64,000 bases of DNA from Octopus vulgaris (lineage: Eukaryota), in assembly GCA_951406725.2 (NCBI GenBank), contig OX597815.1, positions 134,912,001 to 134,976,000 on the forward strand, written 5' to 3'. The notes under the pieces are model-generated. The model was not told where the DNA came from and did no database searches. It saw only the letters and a list, made by a program, of their open reading frames with translations. Below are positions 37,603 through 51,590 of this stretch, piece by piece; positions within the stretch are counted from its first letter, which is position 1; each line of letters starts with the position of its first letter. A program made the position numbers and the translations under genes.

Positions 37603-38228
37603 TATGGACACCATGATGGTCCACTGGCGGACATTCGTCCTCAGCCGCCTGGATTACTACTCACATCTATGGTCACCCACCAGTGTGAGATTAACAGCGG
37701 ACCTTAAAGCAATCCAGAGAAGATTCACAAAGAAGATTGTCTCTTTGCAACAACTCAGCTACTGGGAAAGGTTGAAACAGCTAAGACTCTACTCCCTGGA
37801 GAGAAGATGGGAGGGGTATGCCGTAATATATATCTTGAAGATCCTGGAAAGAACTGTGCCAAATTTTGGCATTGAAAGCTACACCAATGCCAGAATGGGA
37901 TGACATTGCATAGTGCCAAAGATCCCAGCAATGCCATCACGCTTCAGGATCAGTTACTGTAACAGCCTGGGTTTCAAGGGCCCACAGCTTTTTAATATTT
38001 TCCCAAAGAGTCTGAGGAACTTGCACAAAGTAGATGTAGGGGTTTTTAAATCAAAGCTGGCCCATTTCCTGTTGAGAGTCCTAGATGAACCTACCTCACG
38101 GCAAGAGGTGCAAATGAGGGTAGCTATATCAAACTCCATTCTTCATCAAGAGCCACATATTAGCCACAGTGTTGCGCAAAACGGCGGTGCATCAGCATGG
38201 CCGCAGCTCTGAACAGAAACGTTAAAAA
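37603..38228 (+). mobile_element. CR1-group LINE 3' region
   Basis: TFVLSRLDYYSHLWSP...LKAIQRRFTK...LSYWERLKQLRLYSLERR...VPNFG...GPQLFNIFPKSLRN. Confidence 0.9.
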
Positions 38229-38306
38229 TATATATATATATTATATACACATATATAAAATATCTCTATATTGTATATGTATATAGATAGATATATAGAT
38301 GTTCAG

Positions 38307-38460
38307 GGGTGGCTGTGTCGTATGTAGCTTGTTTACCAACCACATGGTTCTGGGTTTAGTCCCACTGCGTGGCACCTCCGGCAAGTGTTTTCTACTATAG
38401 TCTCTGGCCGACCAAAGCCTTGAGAGTGGATTTGGTAGGCGGAAACTGAACAATCCCGTT
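38307..38460 (+). mobile_element. SINE family A, 5' half
   Basis: GGTGGCTGTGTCGTATGTAGCTTG...GGGTTTAGTCCCACTGCGTGGCACC...GGAAACTGAA. Confidence 0.8.
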
Positions 38461-38569
38461 TTATATGTCTATATATATACATATACATCTATACATTTGA
38501 GAATGGTCATTGCAAGAACTAACTGGCCCTCGTGTCGGTGGTACCCACTATACTCTCGTAGTTTTTTTT

Positions 38570-38775
38570 TTCTTTTAAAGTTTCAGCTCAGAGCTGCGGC
38601 CATGCTGATGCACCGCCGTTTTGCGCTACACTGTTATTACTAGGAGCCTCCTCTAATATGTGGCACTTGATGAAGAATAGAGTTTGATATAGCTTCATTT
38701 GCACCTCTTTCCGTGAGGTAGGCTCATCTGGGACTCTCGACAGGAAATGGTTCAGCTTTGATTTAAAACCCCTTA
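38570..38775 (-). mobile_element. CR1-group LINE 3' end with A-rich tail
   Basis: The reverse complement matches 35260-35450 and 38040-38220. Confidence 0.85.
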
Positions 38776-38779
38776 CTCC

Positions 38780-39610
38780 AGGTTTCAGTCTTATCTGGTA
38801 GTGTTTCTACAGCTGGATGTCCTTCCTAACCCCAACCACTCCATGAGTGTATTGGGTACTTTTTACGAGCCAGAGGAGGCTGATAATGTCCACGATCGGT
38901 TGGTGCTTTTTACGTGCCACCTGCACGGAAGCCAGTCAAGGCGGCGCTGGCATCGGTCACGTTCGCATGTTGCTTCTTGCGTGCCACCAAAACGGGTATC
39001 ACAACTACAATTTCCATTTGATTTTTATTTTGATGTTATGTACTTCTCTCAAAGGTTTCCTCAAGCACAGCAGGTCGCCCTACGATTGAAGGTAAGCACA
39101 GCAGGCCGTCCTACGATCCAAGTACTTTGAATTGGCTGGGATGGTTGTGTGAAGCTGGTGTAGGATACAGGCATGAACTCACTTTATTTATCGGGTCATC
39201 ACAGTCACAGCATATCTCCAGAGGTCTCGGTCTTTCGTCATTGCCTCTGTGAAGCCCAACGTTTGAAGGTCATGCTTGACCACCTCATCCCATGTCATCC
39301 TGGGTCTACCTCTATCCCAGGTTCCTTCAACTGTTTGGGAGAAGCACTTCTTCACACATCTCTCCTCATCCATTCGTAGTACATGACCACACCAGCTCAA
39401 TCGTCTCTCTTGCACGCCACATCCGATGCTTCTTATGTCCAACATTTCTCTCAGGGCGCTTACACTCTGTCGTGTGTGCACACTGACATTACACATCCAG
39501 TGGTTCATACTAGCTTCATTTCCTTCGATCTTACACATGTTCTCCGCAGTCATAGCCCACGTTTCGCTGCCGTGAAGCGTAGCAGTTCGTACACATGCAT
39601 CGTACAATCT
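38780..39610 (-). mobile_element. RTE LINE 3' fragment
   Basis: YDACVRTATLHGSETWA...RRLSWCGHVLRMDEERCVKKC...RGRPRMTWDEVVKHDL plus the 3' UTR. Confidence 0.9.
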
Positions 39611-39635
39611 ATCTTTCTTTCTGAGTATATATATA

Positions 39636-39798
39636 TGGAGAATTTACGAAAAAAACAAAAGACGAAGACAGGTGGTGTACAAAACAAACAGATGTATTAG
39701 TATAACGCTCAGGAATAGAAAAAGTCTTTTACGTTTCGAGCCTACTCTCTTCTACAGAAAGGGACACAGAAAAAACGAGAGAAACAAGGAGAGAAAAA

Positions 39799-39800
<2 letters not shown>
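39636..39800 (-). mobile_element. Probable PLE pLTR fragment with a variant minimal hammerhead (39726-39761)
   Basis: rc CTTT-CTGTAGA-AGAGAGTAGGCTC-GAAAC-GTA-AAAG; flanked by (TA)n. Confidence 0.5.
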
Positions 39801-39852
<52 letters not shown>

Positions 39853-40003
39853 TATATATATATATGTATGTATGTATACATAAATATTATAAACAATACA
39901 TTCAAAAGTGATATCTCAAGAATTCAATCTCTACCACCATTCACAAGTCACTTTCATGGTACTTGACCATTTAACATCCTACTATTATGACATCACTCCC
40001 ACA

Positions 40004-40076
40004 TTCTTCTTCTTCTTCTTCTTCTTCTTCTTCTTCTTCTTCTTCTTCTTCTTCTTCTTCTTCTTCTACTTCTTCC
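40004..40076. repeat. (TTC)n microsatellite
   Basis: Seen directly. Confidence 0.97.
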
Positions 40077-40329
40077 CTGCCAATAATTCACAACGACCTT
40101 GAACCCACAAGAGTAGACAAGAAAGACAGAGACAGGAAGAAACAAGGAAAATGCCTCTTGTATTTGAATACTATGCAAATATCCTTTAAAAAAGCTTTTC
40201 ATGTAATTTTTCATGTAATTTTTCCAAAATGTAATCGTTTTCAGTTGAAAAAGTCTCAATGACTAAAACCGGTTCTGAAATGTTTTTATTAAATTATTTT
40301 AGCATTTTCTATCTTGAGTTTTTTACCAT

Positions 40330-40740
40330 ATACTCTTTTACTCTTTAACTTTTTTCATTTATTTGACTGTGGCTATGCTGAAGCACCGCCTTTAATCGAG
40401 CAAATCGACCTCAGGATTTATTCTTTGTAAGCTTAGTACTTATCCTATCAGACTGTTTTGCTGAACCGCTAAGTTACGGTGACGTAAACACACCAGCATC
40501 GGTTGTCAAGCGTTGTTGGGGGGACAAACACAGACATAAAAGCATACACATATACACACACACATATATACATATATACGACGGGCTTGTTTCAGTTTTC
40601 GTCTACCAAATCCACTCACAAGGCTTTGGACAGCCCGAGGCTAGAGTACAAGACACTTGCTCAATTGGCCACGCAGTGGGACTGAACCCAGAACTATGTG
40701 GTTGGTATGCAAGCTACTTACCACACACCCACTCCTACGC
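40330..40740 (-). mobile_element. SINE family A, full length
   Basis: Reverse complement of head, body and tail as in 33257-33660. Confidence 0.88.
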
Positions 40741-40751
40741 TATATATATAT

Positions 40752-41020
40752 AGTGGCCCTCTCAGATATGCCCTCAACTGCCTGGATAGTCACCCTTGCT
40801 AGCTACGCAGGTGATATGGAAGTCTCACAGAAAATACTGAATCCCAGCGATGTTGCACTTCTGCAGCAGGAGTTGGACTCAATTTTCAGATGGGCTGCAG
40901 ATAATAGAATGGAGTTTAATACTCAAAACTCCATTACCAGCGTCCAGAACTGAATATGAAACTTACAGGGTACACTAGTCCACAGGGAATTACAATACCA
41001 GAGCTTAAATCAGTGAGGGA
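40752..41020 (+). mobile_element. CR1-group LINE RT core fragment
   Basis: ALSDMPS..TLASYAGDMEVSQKILNPSDVALLQQELDSIFRWAADNRMEFN; the YADD motif has decayed to YAGD. Confidence 0.8.
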
Positions 41021-41275
41021 CATAAACACACCAGCATCGGTTGTCAAGTGATGTTGGGGGGACAAACACAGACACACAAACAAACATAAACACACAAACA
41101 CACACACATATATAACGGGCTTCTTTCAGTTCCCATCTACCAAATGCACTCACAAGGTTTTGGTCGGCCTGTGGCTATAGTAGAAGACACTTGCCCAAGG
41201 TGCCATACAGTAGGAATGAACCTCAACCATGTGGTTGGTAAGCAAGCTACTTACCAAACAGCCATTCCTGCGCCT
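41020..41275 (-). mobile_element. SINE family A, 3'-truncated
   Basis: The rc head GGCGCAGGAATGGCTGTTTGGTAAGTAGCTTG... and body are present. Confidence 0.85.
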
Positions 41276-41339
41276 ATATATATATATATATATGATTGAT
41301 TGATTGATTGATTCTAGTTTCAGCTTATGAGCTGTGGCC

Positions 41340-42884
<1,545 letters not shown>

Positions 42885-44003
42885 TTGTTTGGCATCTTCT
42901 TCTCGCTCTTACTCTCACATGCCTTTCAGACATCAGATGATGGAGTGTTTCTGCACAGCAGTAGTGATGGGAAACTGTTCAATCTCTTGCGCCTGCGTGC
43001 CAAGACCAAAATCAGAAACGTCCTGATCAAGGAGATGCTATTTGCTGATGATGCCGCTCTGGTATCACACACAGAAGAAGCCCTCCAAAGGCTCATTAAC
43101 TGTTTTGAGCAAGCATATAACGACTTTGGGTCAGGCTACATCGGATATCCCAAACATACATATTGGAGACCACAGATTACAAGAGGTGGAGAAGTTTACC
43201 TATCTGGGCTCTACCGTCACCTACAACCTATCCCTTGATGCTGAGCTCAATATATGCATTGGCAAGGCAGCTGCTGCGATTGCCCAACTCTCCAAATGGG
43301 CTTGGGACAACAATAAGCTGACCAAGACCACGATAATGAAGATCTACCAGGCATGTGTACTTAGCACTCTACTGTATGGAAGTGAGACTTGGATGCTATA
43401 CACACGCCAAGAGCGTCGCCTAAACATCTTTCACCTGCGCTGCCTCCGGAAAATCCTCCGCATCAAATGGCAGAACCATATCCCCAACAAAGATGTCCTC
43501 GGGCAAGCAGTAATACCAAACATGTTTGCACTCCTCACACAAAGACGTATGAGATGGCTTGGGCATGTTAGCCGTATGAAAGATGGCAGAATCCCCAAGA
43601 ACATACTCTACGGAGAGCTTGCTAGGGGTAGACCGCTCTTACATTACAAGTATGTTTGCAAAAGGGACATGAAGGCCTGCAACATCAATATTAGTGACTG
43701 GGAGGCAGTTGCCAGCAACCGTGGAGACTGGCGACGTACCGTAAGAGAGGGAATACAAAGGAGTGACACAGAGAGAGAGGAGAAATGGAAAGACAAGAAA
43801 AGACGTCAACAAGAAACTATGGCATTACAGCCAGCCAGGAACAGTCTTCGCTACATTTGTGGTACCTGTCAGAGGGAGTGTTTGTCCAGGATAGGACTAC
43901 ACAGCCACAGCAGGAAATGTATCAGGACATGAAATGTAAAAGCCGGACTAGACTACTTTGAGCGCAACTCCATTGTCTCCCGAGACAAAAAGGATGCCAA
44001 CCA
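42885..44003 (+). mobile_element. RTE-clade LINE, 5'-truncated (RT C-terminus to 3' tail)
   Basis: DGKLFNLLRLRAKTK, MLFADDAALV, KFTYLGS, YQACVLSTLLYGSETW, RMRWLGHVSRMKDGRIPKNILYGEL and terminal CxxC...IGLHSHSRKC; 3' tail CCATTGTCTCCCGAGACAAAAAGGATGCCAAC. Confidence 0.95.
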
Positions 44004-44222
44004 TATATATGAAAGATATAAATAGTATATATATAATATAGATAATATATGTATATATATATATATGTATAATATAAATAATACAATATTTATATATATA
44101 TATATATATAATATATATATACTATAAATAACACATATATAATATATATATAAATAATATATATATAATATAAATAATATATATAATATATAATATAATA
44201 TATATAATATATAATATAATAT

Positions 44223-44271
<49 letters not shown>

Positions 44272-44283
44272 TATATATAATAT

Positions 44284-44326
<43 letters not shown>

Positions 44327-44929
44327 TACATATAATATAAATGATTATATATATTTGATATATGTATATATATAATATATATCTCTACATGTAAATTTGA
44401 CATGGGTGATTCTTTCTGTCTTAGGATTCACTGTCAAACAGCTGGGTGGAATTGTGTGAAAAATTTCACAGTTGTATAGAATGATCTGGTGGTGTTGAAG
44501 TGCTTTGTATTTTTTCATCCCTCCCATGGTTACCGAGATAATCTAATACAATAATACTTTTGTGTTTATGAAAGGGAAATGAAGGTGTGTTAGATGAATA
44601 AAAAAGAAGGGTTGATGTCATATTTTTTTCATAGTTACCTAGGTTACTGAAATAATCTACTATAATAATACTCTTGTGTTTATGAATTAGAAAGGAAGGG
44701 GTGATACATGAATAAGGAAGGAAGGGGTGTTGTCATACCTGGTAGTGGGATGATGAAAATTGTATGCTGAAAAAATAAATCAAACAGCGTTTCAACTCTG
44801 TGTGAATATATGTGAGTGTATGTAAAAGGGGGTTATGTGAATATGTGTGTGTGTGTGTATGTAAAAGGGAGGGAATGTGTCTGTGTCTGTGTGTCTTAAG
44901 GTTTTGCACTTATCATCATTGTAGCTGTT

Positions 44930-45390
44930 GAGAGTGACTGATTGTATAACCAAGGTCATGCTTTATAGAGCCATCACAAACAGTGATGGCCTAAAGATGA
45001 TTCGTATGGCTCCTTTGCCTCTTCAAAAGTCATGCCCCCATGCACCTAATTTCTCAAGATCATATAATTTGTAACACACAATCCTTCTGTGGTCAAACTT
45101 TACTGAAGGCCTTTGCAAAGTTGAGATGTATAATGCCCCATAGTCCAATGATTGAACAGCTGTTTCAGTACCTGTCATAATGCTGCAAGAGCTGTGTAAG
45201 GTAGCGTCTTCTCAAGGAAAAGCCAGGCAGATCATTGGTCAGCAAGTAATTTTCTTCAAAGAATGTAATCAGTATTTGTCTGACAATATGTTGCAAGATT
45301 TTGATGATTTGCAAGTCAGAGAGATAGACAAGTAATTTTTATGTCTGCTCTGATTCAACATTTAAAAACAGGACATTTTATGCCTTTCTT
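44930..45390 (-). mobile_element. Degenerate CR1-group RT fragment
   Basis: The reverse complement gives KNYLSISLTC, GFSLRRRYLTQLLQHYD and YLNFAKAFSKV. Confidence 0.7.
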
Positions 45391-45784
45391 TTATATCCAG
45401 TACTGGGGTAAATTTCTTTGACTAAAACTTCTTTATGGTAGTGCACCAGCATAGTTGCAGTCCAATGAACTGAAACAAGTAAGAAAAAGCAAGTGTGTGT
45501 ATAATATATATTCGTGTATATGATACTTTCAGGCAATAGTCTAATGAGATTCTGAGGCCAAAGTTTCTAAAAAAACAAAAAAAATCTAATGAACACAGTA
45601 TTACTGAATTCTGGTTACTTAGAGTTCATGTTGTAGTGCAACTTGCTTTTCCCTGAAGTAAACAAACATTCCATTAACACATATGGTTTCAGCAAGACAG
45701 AGTGGCCACCTGTACAGTAATAGCTTCCTTGAATGATATAAAAGAAATGTTTACTAGGCATATCATTTCCTAACACTGTGACCT

Positions 45785-46125
45785 GCCGTAGCCCGCTTGA
45801 CATAATGACCTTTTGGTTTGTGATTATTTCCTTTTAAACTTTCTCCTCGAGAACGTGTTCATCAATAAACCACACACACACACACATTGAATATGAACTG
45901 AAAGCTGCTATTCTTGAGGAAATTATGGCAATATCTCAAGACATATGCTGTGCATATTTTCCAGACAAAGTTATGTGTATGCATATGGAACAATTGAAAA
46001 GATTTGCAGGATATTATTCTCAAGACTTGTGTTCTCTACATATCAACAGTAAAGACTTCTACCATACTATTTTTGCTACAATTGTATAAATTTAAAAATC
46101 ATCATATTTCCCTGCCAGATATATA
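45785..46125 (+). mobile_element. Degenerate Tc1/mariner-superfamily transposase 3' fragment
   Basis: CDYFLLNFLLENVFINKP...ELKAAILEEIMAISQD resembles the C-terminal CDFFLWGYLK..VY..KP..ELK motif. Confidence 0.55.
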
Positions 46126-46230
46126 TTAAACTCTATACACTCACATGTATGTGTGTGTATACACACATGCATGTGCACACACACACATACATACATACAC
46201 ACAATCATATATGCACATACATGCATACAT

Positions 46231-46284
<54 letters not shown>

Positions 46285-46475
46285 CACTCTGCTGGATGGG
46301 TGGTTGGTGTCAAGAAGAACTTCCAGCCGTAAAACCCCTTGCCAAAGCAGACACAGAAGTCTGGTGCAGTCTTCTGCCTGGTCAGCTCCTGTCAAACTGT
46401 CCAACCCATATCAGCATGGAAGGCAGATTTTAAACAATGATGATGATGATATGTATATACATACACACACAATCC

Positions 46476-46512
<37 letters not shown>

Positions 46513-46609
46513 ATATATATGTATGTATATGTATGTATGTATATATATGTATATTTATGTATGTATGTATGTATATGTATGTATGTATATGTATATTTAT
46601 GTATGTATG

Positions 46610-46645
<36 letters not shown>

Positions 46646-46677
46646 TATATGTGTGTGTATATGCATATATGATTATA

Positions 46678-46842
46678 TCATCATCATCATCATCATCGTT
46701 TAACGTCCGCTTTCCGCGCTAGCACGGGTTGGACGGTTCGACCGGGTCTGGGAAGCCAGGGGCCGCTCCAGGCTCCAGTCTGAATCTGGCAGAGTTTCTA
46801 CGGCTGGATGCCCTTCCTAACGCCAACCACTCCGTGAGTGGA
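46678..46842 (-). mobile_element. RTE-type 3' tail fragment with (GAT)n
   Basis: (CAT)n CGTTTAACGTCCGCTTTCCGCGCTAGCACGGGTTGGACGG...GGATGCCCTTCCTAACGCCAACCACTCC; a + strand relative lies at ~46290-46450. Confidence 0.75.
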
Positions 46843-48031
46843 ATATATTATATATATTATATATATATATTTATTTAATATACACATAGATACAATTATA
46901 TATACACAATCTATACACATGTATATTCATAAACTATGCATATATAAATACACATGTCTTTAGTATAAATTTGATTTCTTTTATTTTGTTTCTAGGAAGC
47001 AACTGTAATATTTAGCCACTGCATTTCCTACAATGTCAGTGCATACTGAGTCACCAACATAAATGTTAAACTATAAATGTCACTTATGGCACATATTTGA
47101 GGTACATTCTTCAATGATGAAGTGCCTCTCCTTTTCATAAATGATCAGTTGCATTATAATGCCATTAATACATTATATCTCTCAAACTCACTGATGCTGA
47201 AACAGGATGTATGTTGCCTGATGTTTTGCTCCATCAAGGTCCCAGATCTTGATATTTAAGTTTATGCATTATATTTTTCTCATTTTTTTGGGCAAGGATT
47301 ATTCTTCAGTGTGTTTGGGCTGATACATGTTGAGTGAGAATTAACTCTATCCATGTAGGTATACATGCATACTACCATTGCATACTTGCACACATATACA
47401 TACATACACAAACACACACATGCAAATATGTACATACACAGGTACGTACATACATACATACATAAATACATACATACATACATACGTGTAGTTACTGAAG
47501 CATTGTTGCCTTCCCTGCATTGGAGAAAAAGAACTTGGAGATTCAGTATTGACCATAATGTATAATAATGCTATTGCATATAAATAAAGACCTCAAGGTT
47601 TATAATATTGGTTCACTTGTGAAGTTTGATATGCGGTACCAAGATGTATTAGGCTGCTGTAACATGATGCATCGTGGTGTTTATGAGATAAAACTGCATC
47701 AACAATAAAAACAAGGTAATAGAAGTAAAAGAAAACAGAGAAAAATACAAAAAGGGTTACCTGAGAATATTGAAAGATGTGGAAACAGAAAAATCCAGAT
47801 ACATGGCAAATTTTCAGTGAATGACACTGCAAATGATTCAAGGATTAAGGAACCATCCTTTAGAAATGTTCTTATGGTTTCATACATACTTTTGTTATAA
47901 CTACAAAGAATATGTTATATTGTGTGAGTATGTATACAATTTGTATGCATGCATATATAAAAAAATGTATATTAATATGTGCATATATATATGTGTGTGA
48001 ATATATGTATATATATATGCATGTGTGTATG

Positions 48032-48112
<81 letters not shown>

Positions 48113-48249
48113 AAGTGCTTGTGTATATATTTGTGTGTATGAGTATGTCTCTACATAAATCTATTGCAAATTAGTTACATATGCCTGATGTCTAGGCCAA
48201 AGCAGAAAGTGTTGAAATGTGGTGGTGAAATGCTGTTATATATTATGTG

Positions 48250-50350
48250 ATAAAGAAGCAGAGAGAGAGTGGAAGATATATAATAAGGAAATATAATACC
48301 TCGAGGCTCTCTGGAAAGTGATATGTCAGATTTACCAAGCTAGGAGAGAAGCAGAGAGTAGGATGTTAGCAGTTGTACAAAGTTTTCATTCTAATGCTCT
48401 CCAGTTAGATGAAAGAAGAGAAGAATTTCAGATTGTATTATGAGACAAAGTGTCAGTAAAAATATCAGAATCTTGTTAACAAAATCATCTGAAATGAAAC
48501 AATATATTGGCTGCTCTATCAATCAGTAATAATGGAGAGAAAGGGATGTAGAAGGTTACTAAATGAGGAGTACAAAGGGATCAAAAACTTGATCAAACCG
48601 TTTAAAAATTGTATAAATGAGTCAAACAGTTGATCCATCAATAGAGATCAGGTGAGAAAGCCACCAATACAGATTAGGTGAAAATGCCAGCAGTAGTGAT
48701 TGAGAAATATCCTCTTCAGAGACTGTTGTTGAGTGAAATAATCAGAATTGGTTTATTTGGAATTACTGAAAGTCATTCACTTTGATAATCAAATTAAATG
48801 TGAGAAAGTGCAGATTGTTGGTGACTGGTATAACAGCATCATTATCCACTGTTAAAAGGGTAACAGGGGATGTACTTACAGAAAATTACAGGAATTTCAA
48901 GTTTGTATATACATAATTGTTAATGTTTAGCTCTAGGTCAATCCTGACTAAGCAGACTTATGAGGAAAGGCATTTCAGCCATGACCACCCCATCTGTTGT
49001 TTTGGCTATATAAAACTACATTATGTCACCTTCCCATTTTAAAGAAAGTGGAATGTGATTTGAAGGAAATTTAACTGTTATTTCCTTTTAAGTCAAGCAG
49101 CTACATAGAGGTACCCTCATTGGGTCAAGTATGTGTGATTAGGTATTAAGATGATAGTCATAGGTTATGCAATGGAATGAATTGCATAAAAGCTTGATGT
49201 AGTCTGGTTTTGTTGTAGGTCATAGAATCATAAATACTTCTGGCAAGACAGCAGTAAAGAATAAATAACTTTATCAGGCATTTATTGAAATTACTGTTAA
49301 GATAATGTATGAATAAGTTAAAAATAGAAGGATTGGCAGTGAGCTCGGCAAGGATTATAATATTTGGATTTCTACAAGTGCCTTATCAACCACTTTCTTT
49401 TCATTCTAGTTTTTGAGGGCATTGCAAAGAGTTTGAGACAGTAACTATTGCATACTGATAACTTGCTTTTGTTGAAGAACCGAGTAAATATCTAAAGTCA
49501 AAAGGCTTGAATATAACAGTGGAACAACTAATGTAATATTCAGTTTATATCAGCCAAGAAAGCCTAAGAATATCTATGCACTGGCTATGCAGAAGAGTAA
49601 ACTTGACACTATATATACTGAATGATCTATGCAATCAATAAATATACAAACTGCATCATTGAATGTCTGATAGACGTGGTGGAAGAGGGACAACAAACAA
49701 AGGGGGCATAAAATTCACTTGAATAAAAACAGCAAATACAGCCATAAACTGAATATTATGGACTGTTTGGATGGCTTCATTTCTGTTATCAAAGCAATAT
49801 AGTTATTGCTAGAGGTAAGGTTAGTGGTAGGATAGTCACTAGAATTCAAAGAGTATAAAAAGAGAATATGGGCATTTGCTACTTCTGTTGACGAAAAGAA
49901 GTTCTTCCACATGAAAGATGAACTATACGACACATGAGAAAGATATATAATGAAATATGGCAGTGAATGCTGAGAAATATATGGCATTTGAACTGGAAAT
50001 AGTTAAGTTTGATTCATTGGATGGACAGTGATAAATTACAAGAAAGGCTTAGTACAAAGAAGTTGAGAAAGCAACAGAGCATCAAAGGCATATTACCTAT
50101 GTATGCAAGAGGAAAAAGAAAAAGTGTCCATGAGACAGCTATAGAATGTTATTTAGAATAGAAGTAGACAGAATAGGTAAAAATTTAGAAAGAATTGGTT
50201 ATACTGGATATAATAGATATATTGGGCTCGATATATACTATAATATGATCAAGATATATAGAAAAATGCTATACTATAAGCCTGCCAAACACAAGGGAAA
50301 TATATATAGAAAGAATGGTGTATGTTTGGAGCATATCTTATACTCAATGT
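48250..50350 (+). mobile_element. Very old LINE (RTE-like) relic
   Basis: Scattered motifs near 49385-49540 (P.LFILVFE, LLHTDNL for LLYADDL, LKSKGL) in a purine-rich tract; boundaries uncertain. Confidence 0.4.
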
Positions 50351-51204
50351 GATCTATCAATCCATTATTAGACAGTTGTGTCGATCACCCGACTTCTCAC
50401 AAACAGAGATGATGCCTATCAAATGGTTATCAAACTTTGAGATGAAACTAATGCGATTAAACTTTACATCAGGCTGCACCCATATGAATGGTTGAATTGC
50501 AACACGGCCAGTTAAAAAGAAAATCTATTAGTTACATTCTTCTTCTGCTACTACAGTCTGTATCAGCAATTGGCTCCATTCTCATGGTTCCTAATTAAAA
50601 TTGGTGAATTAAACCATTTAAACATAAGACAGCATTGAGGATAATATGTAGTAAGCTGCTGCCATTTTTTGTTGGCTATTTGGTACACCACAGATTTAGC
50701 CATCTGTATGCCCTTTTTCTCTCAGGAAATAAATGAAATACACACATGCGCATGCACGTGCACACACATATTTGTATACATATATGTAAATATGTATATA
50801 AATGAAGAGGATCTGTACAATTACAATCCTTTTTAAAGAATTGACAGTTTGTATAATGTGGCGATACACAGCAAAGGCAAAAGATTTCCATCACAAAATT
50901 GAGAATGAAGGCCCTCAAGAAACATTTGACTGGCAAAGTGTTGTTGCAGAAAGCAAATGGCCAGGACAGAAAGGCAACATTTGCAGCAGCAGAAAGTTGT
51001 TTGTTTCCAAGTCAGCTATAATTGAACAGACCTATGCTCCCAGTCATAACCATCTTATCTTTATATTTCAGATATGGTTATGTGGAATTATATTAGTCAG
51101 TGTAATATTAGTAAGAGGGAGATGTGGCTGTTGTTATAAGCAGGCAAGCAAACATATAAAGACTGCCTTGTAGTTTCAAGCAACAGATAGTTCTGAATGG
51201 AAGC

Positions 51205-51590
51205 AGGATATATAGTGGTTGAGAAGCTTGCTTTCCAAGCATGTGATTTTGGGGTCAGTTTTAATAACTGGTACCTTGGGAAAGTGTTTTCTACTATAGC
51301 CCCAGGCCAACAAAAGCCTTGTGAGTGAATTTTGCAGGTGGAAACTTAGCAAAAAGTGTGTGTTTGTGTGTGTATGAATTTGTGATGAGCATTGTCATCA
51401 TACATTTTAGGTTGTCAATTTCCAGTCTTCCATGTAAAAGAAGTCTAGCTATGGAAAAATATTATCTTGCTTGGAAACAGGTGAAGGCTGGCAACAAGAT
51501 AAGGTATTCAGCCCTAGAAAATCTGCCTCATGAGTTCCATCAGTCCTGTGCAAGCATGGAAAAGTGGATGTTAAATTAGAATGATGATTT
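51205..51590 (+). mobile_element. SINE with family-A-like head and RTE-type (GAT)n tail
   Basis: GGTACCTTGGGAAAGTGTTTTCTACTATAGCC...CCTTGTGAGTGAATTT body and GCAAGCATGGAAAAGTGGATGTTAAA..ATGATGAT tail. Confidence 0.65.

Noticed and set aside
39987-40262. Poly-Ser/poly-Arg/poly-Phe ORFs
   Set aside because: Products of the (TTC)n microsatellite.
50802-51173. 123-aa ORF MKRICTITILFKELTV...
   Set aside because: No recognisable domain or convincing splice signals; the length is attainable by chance.
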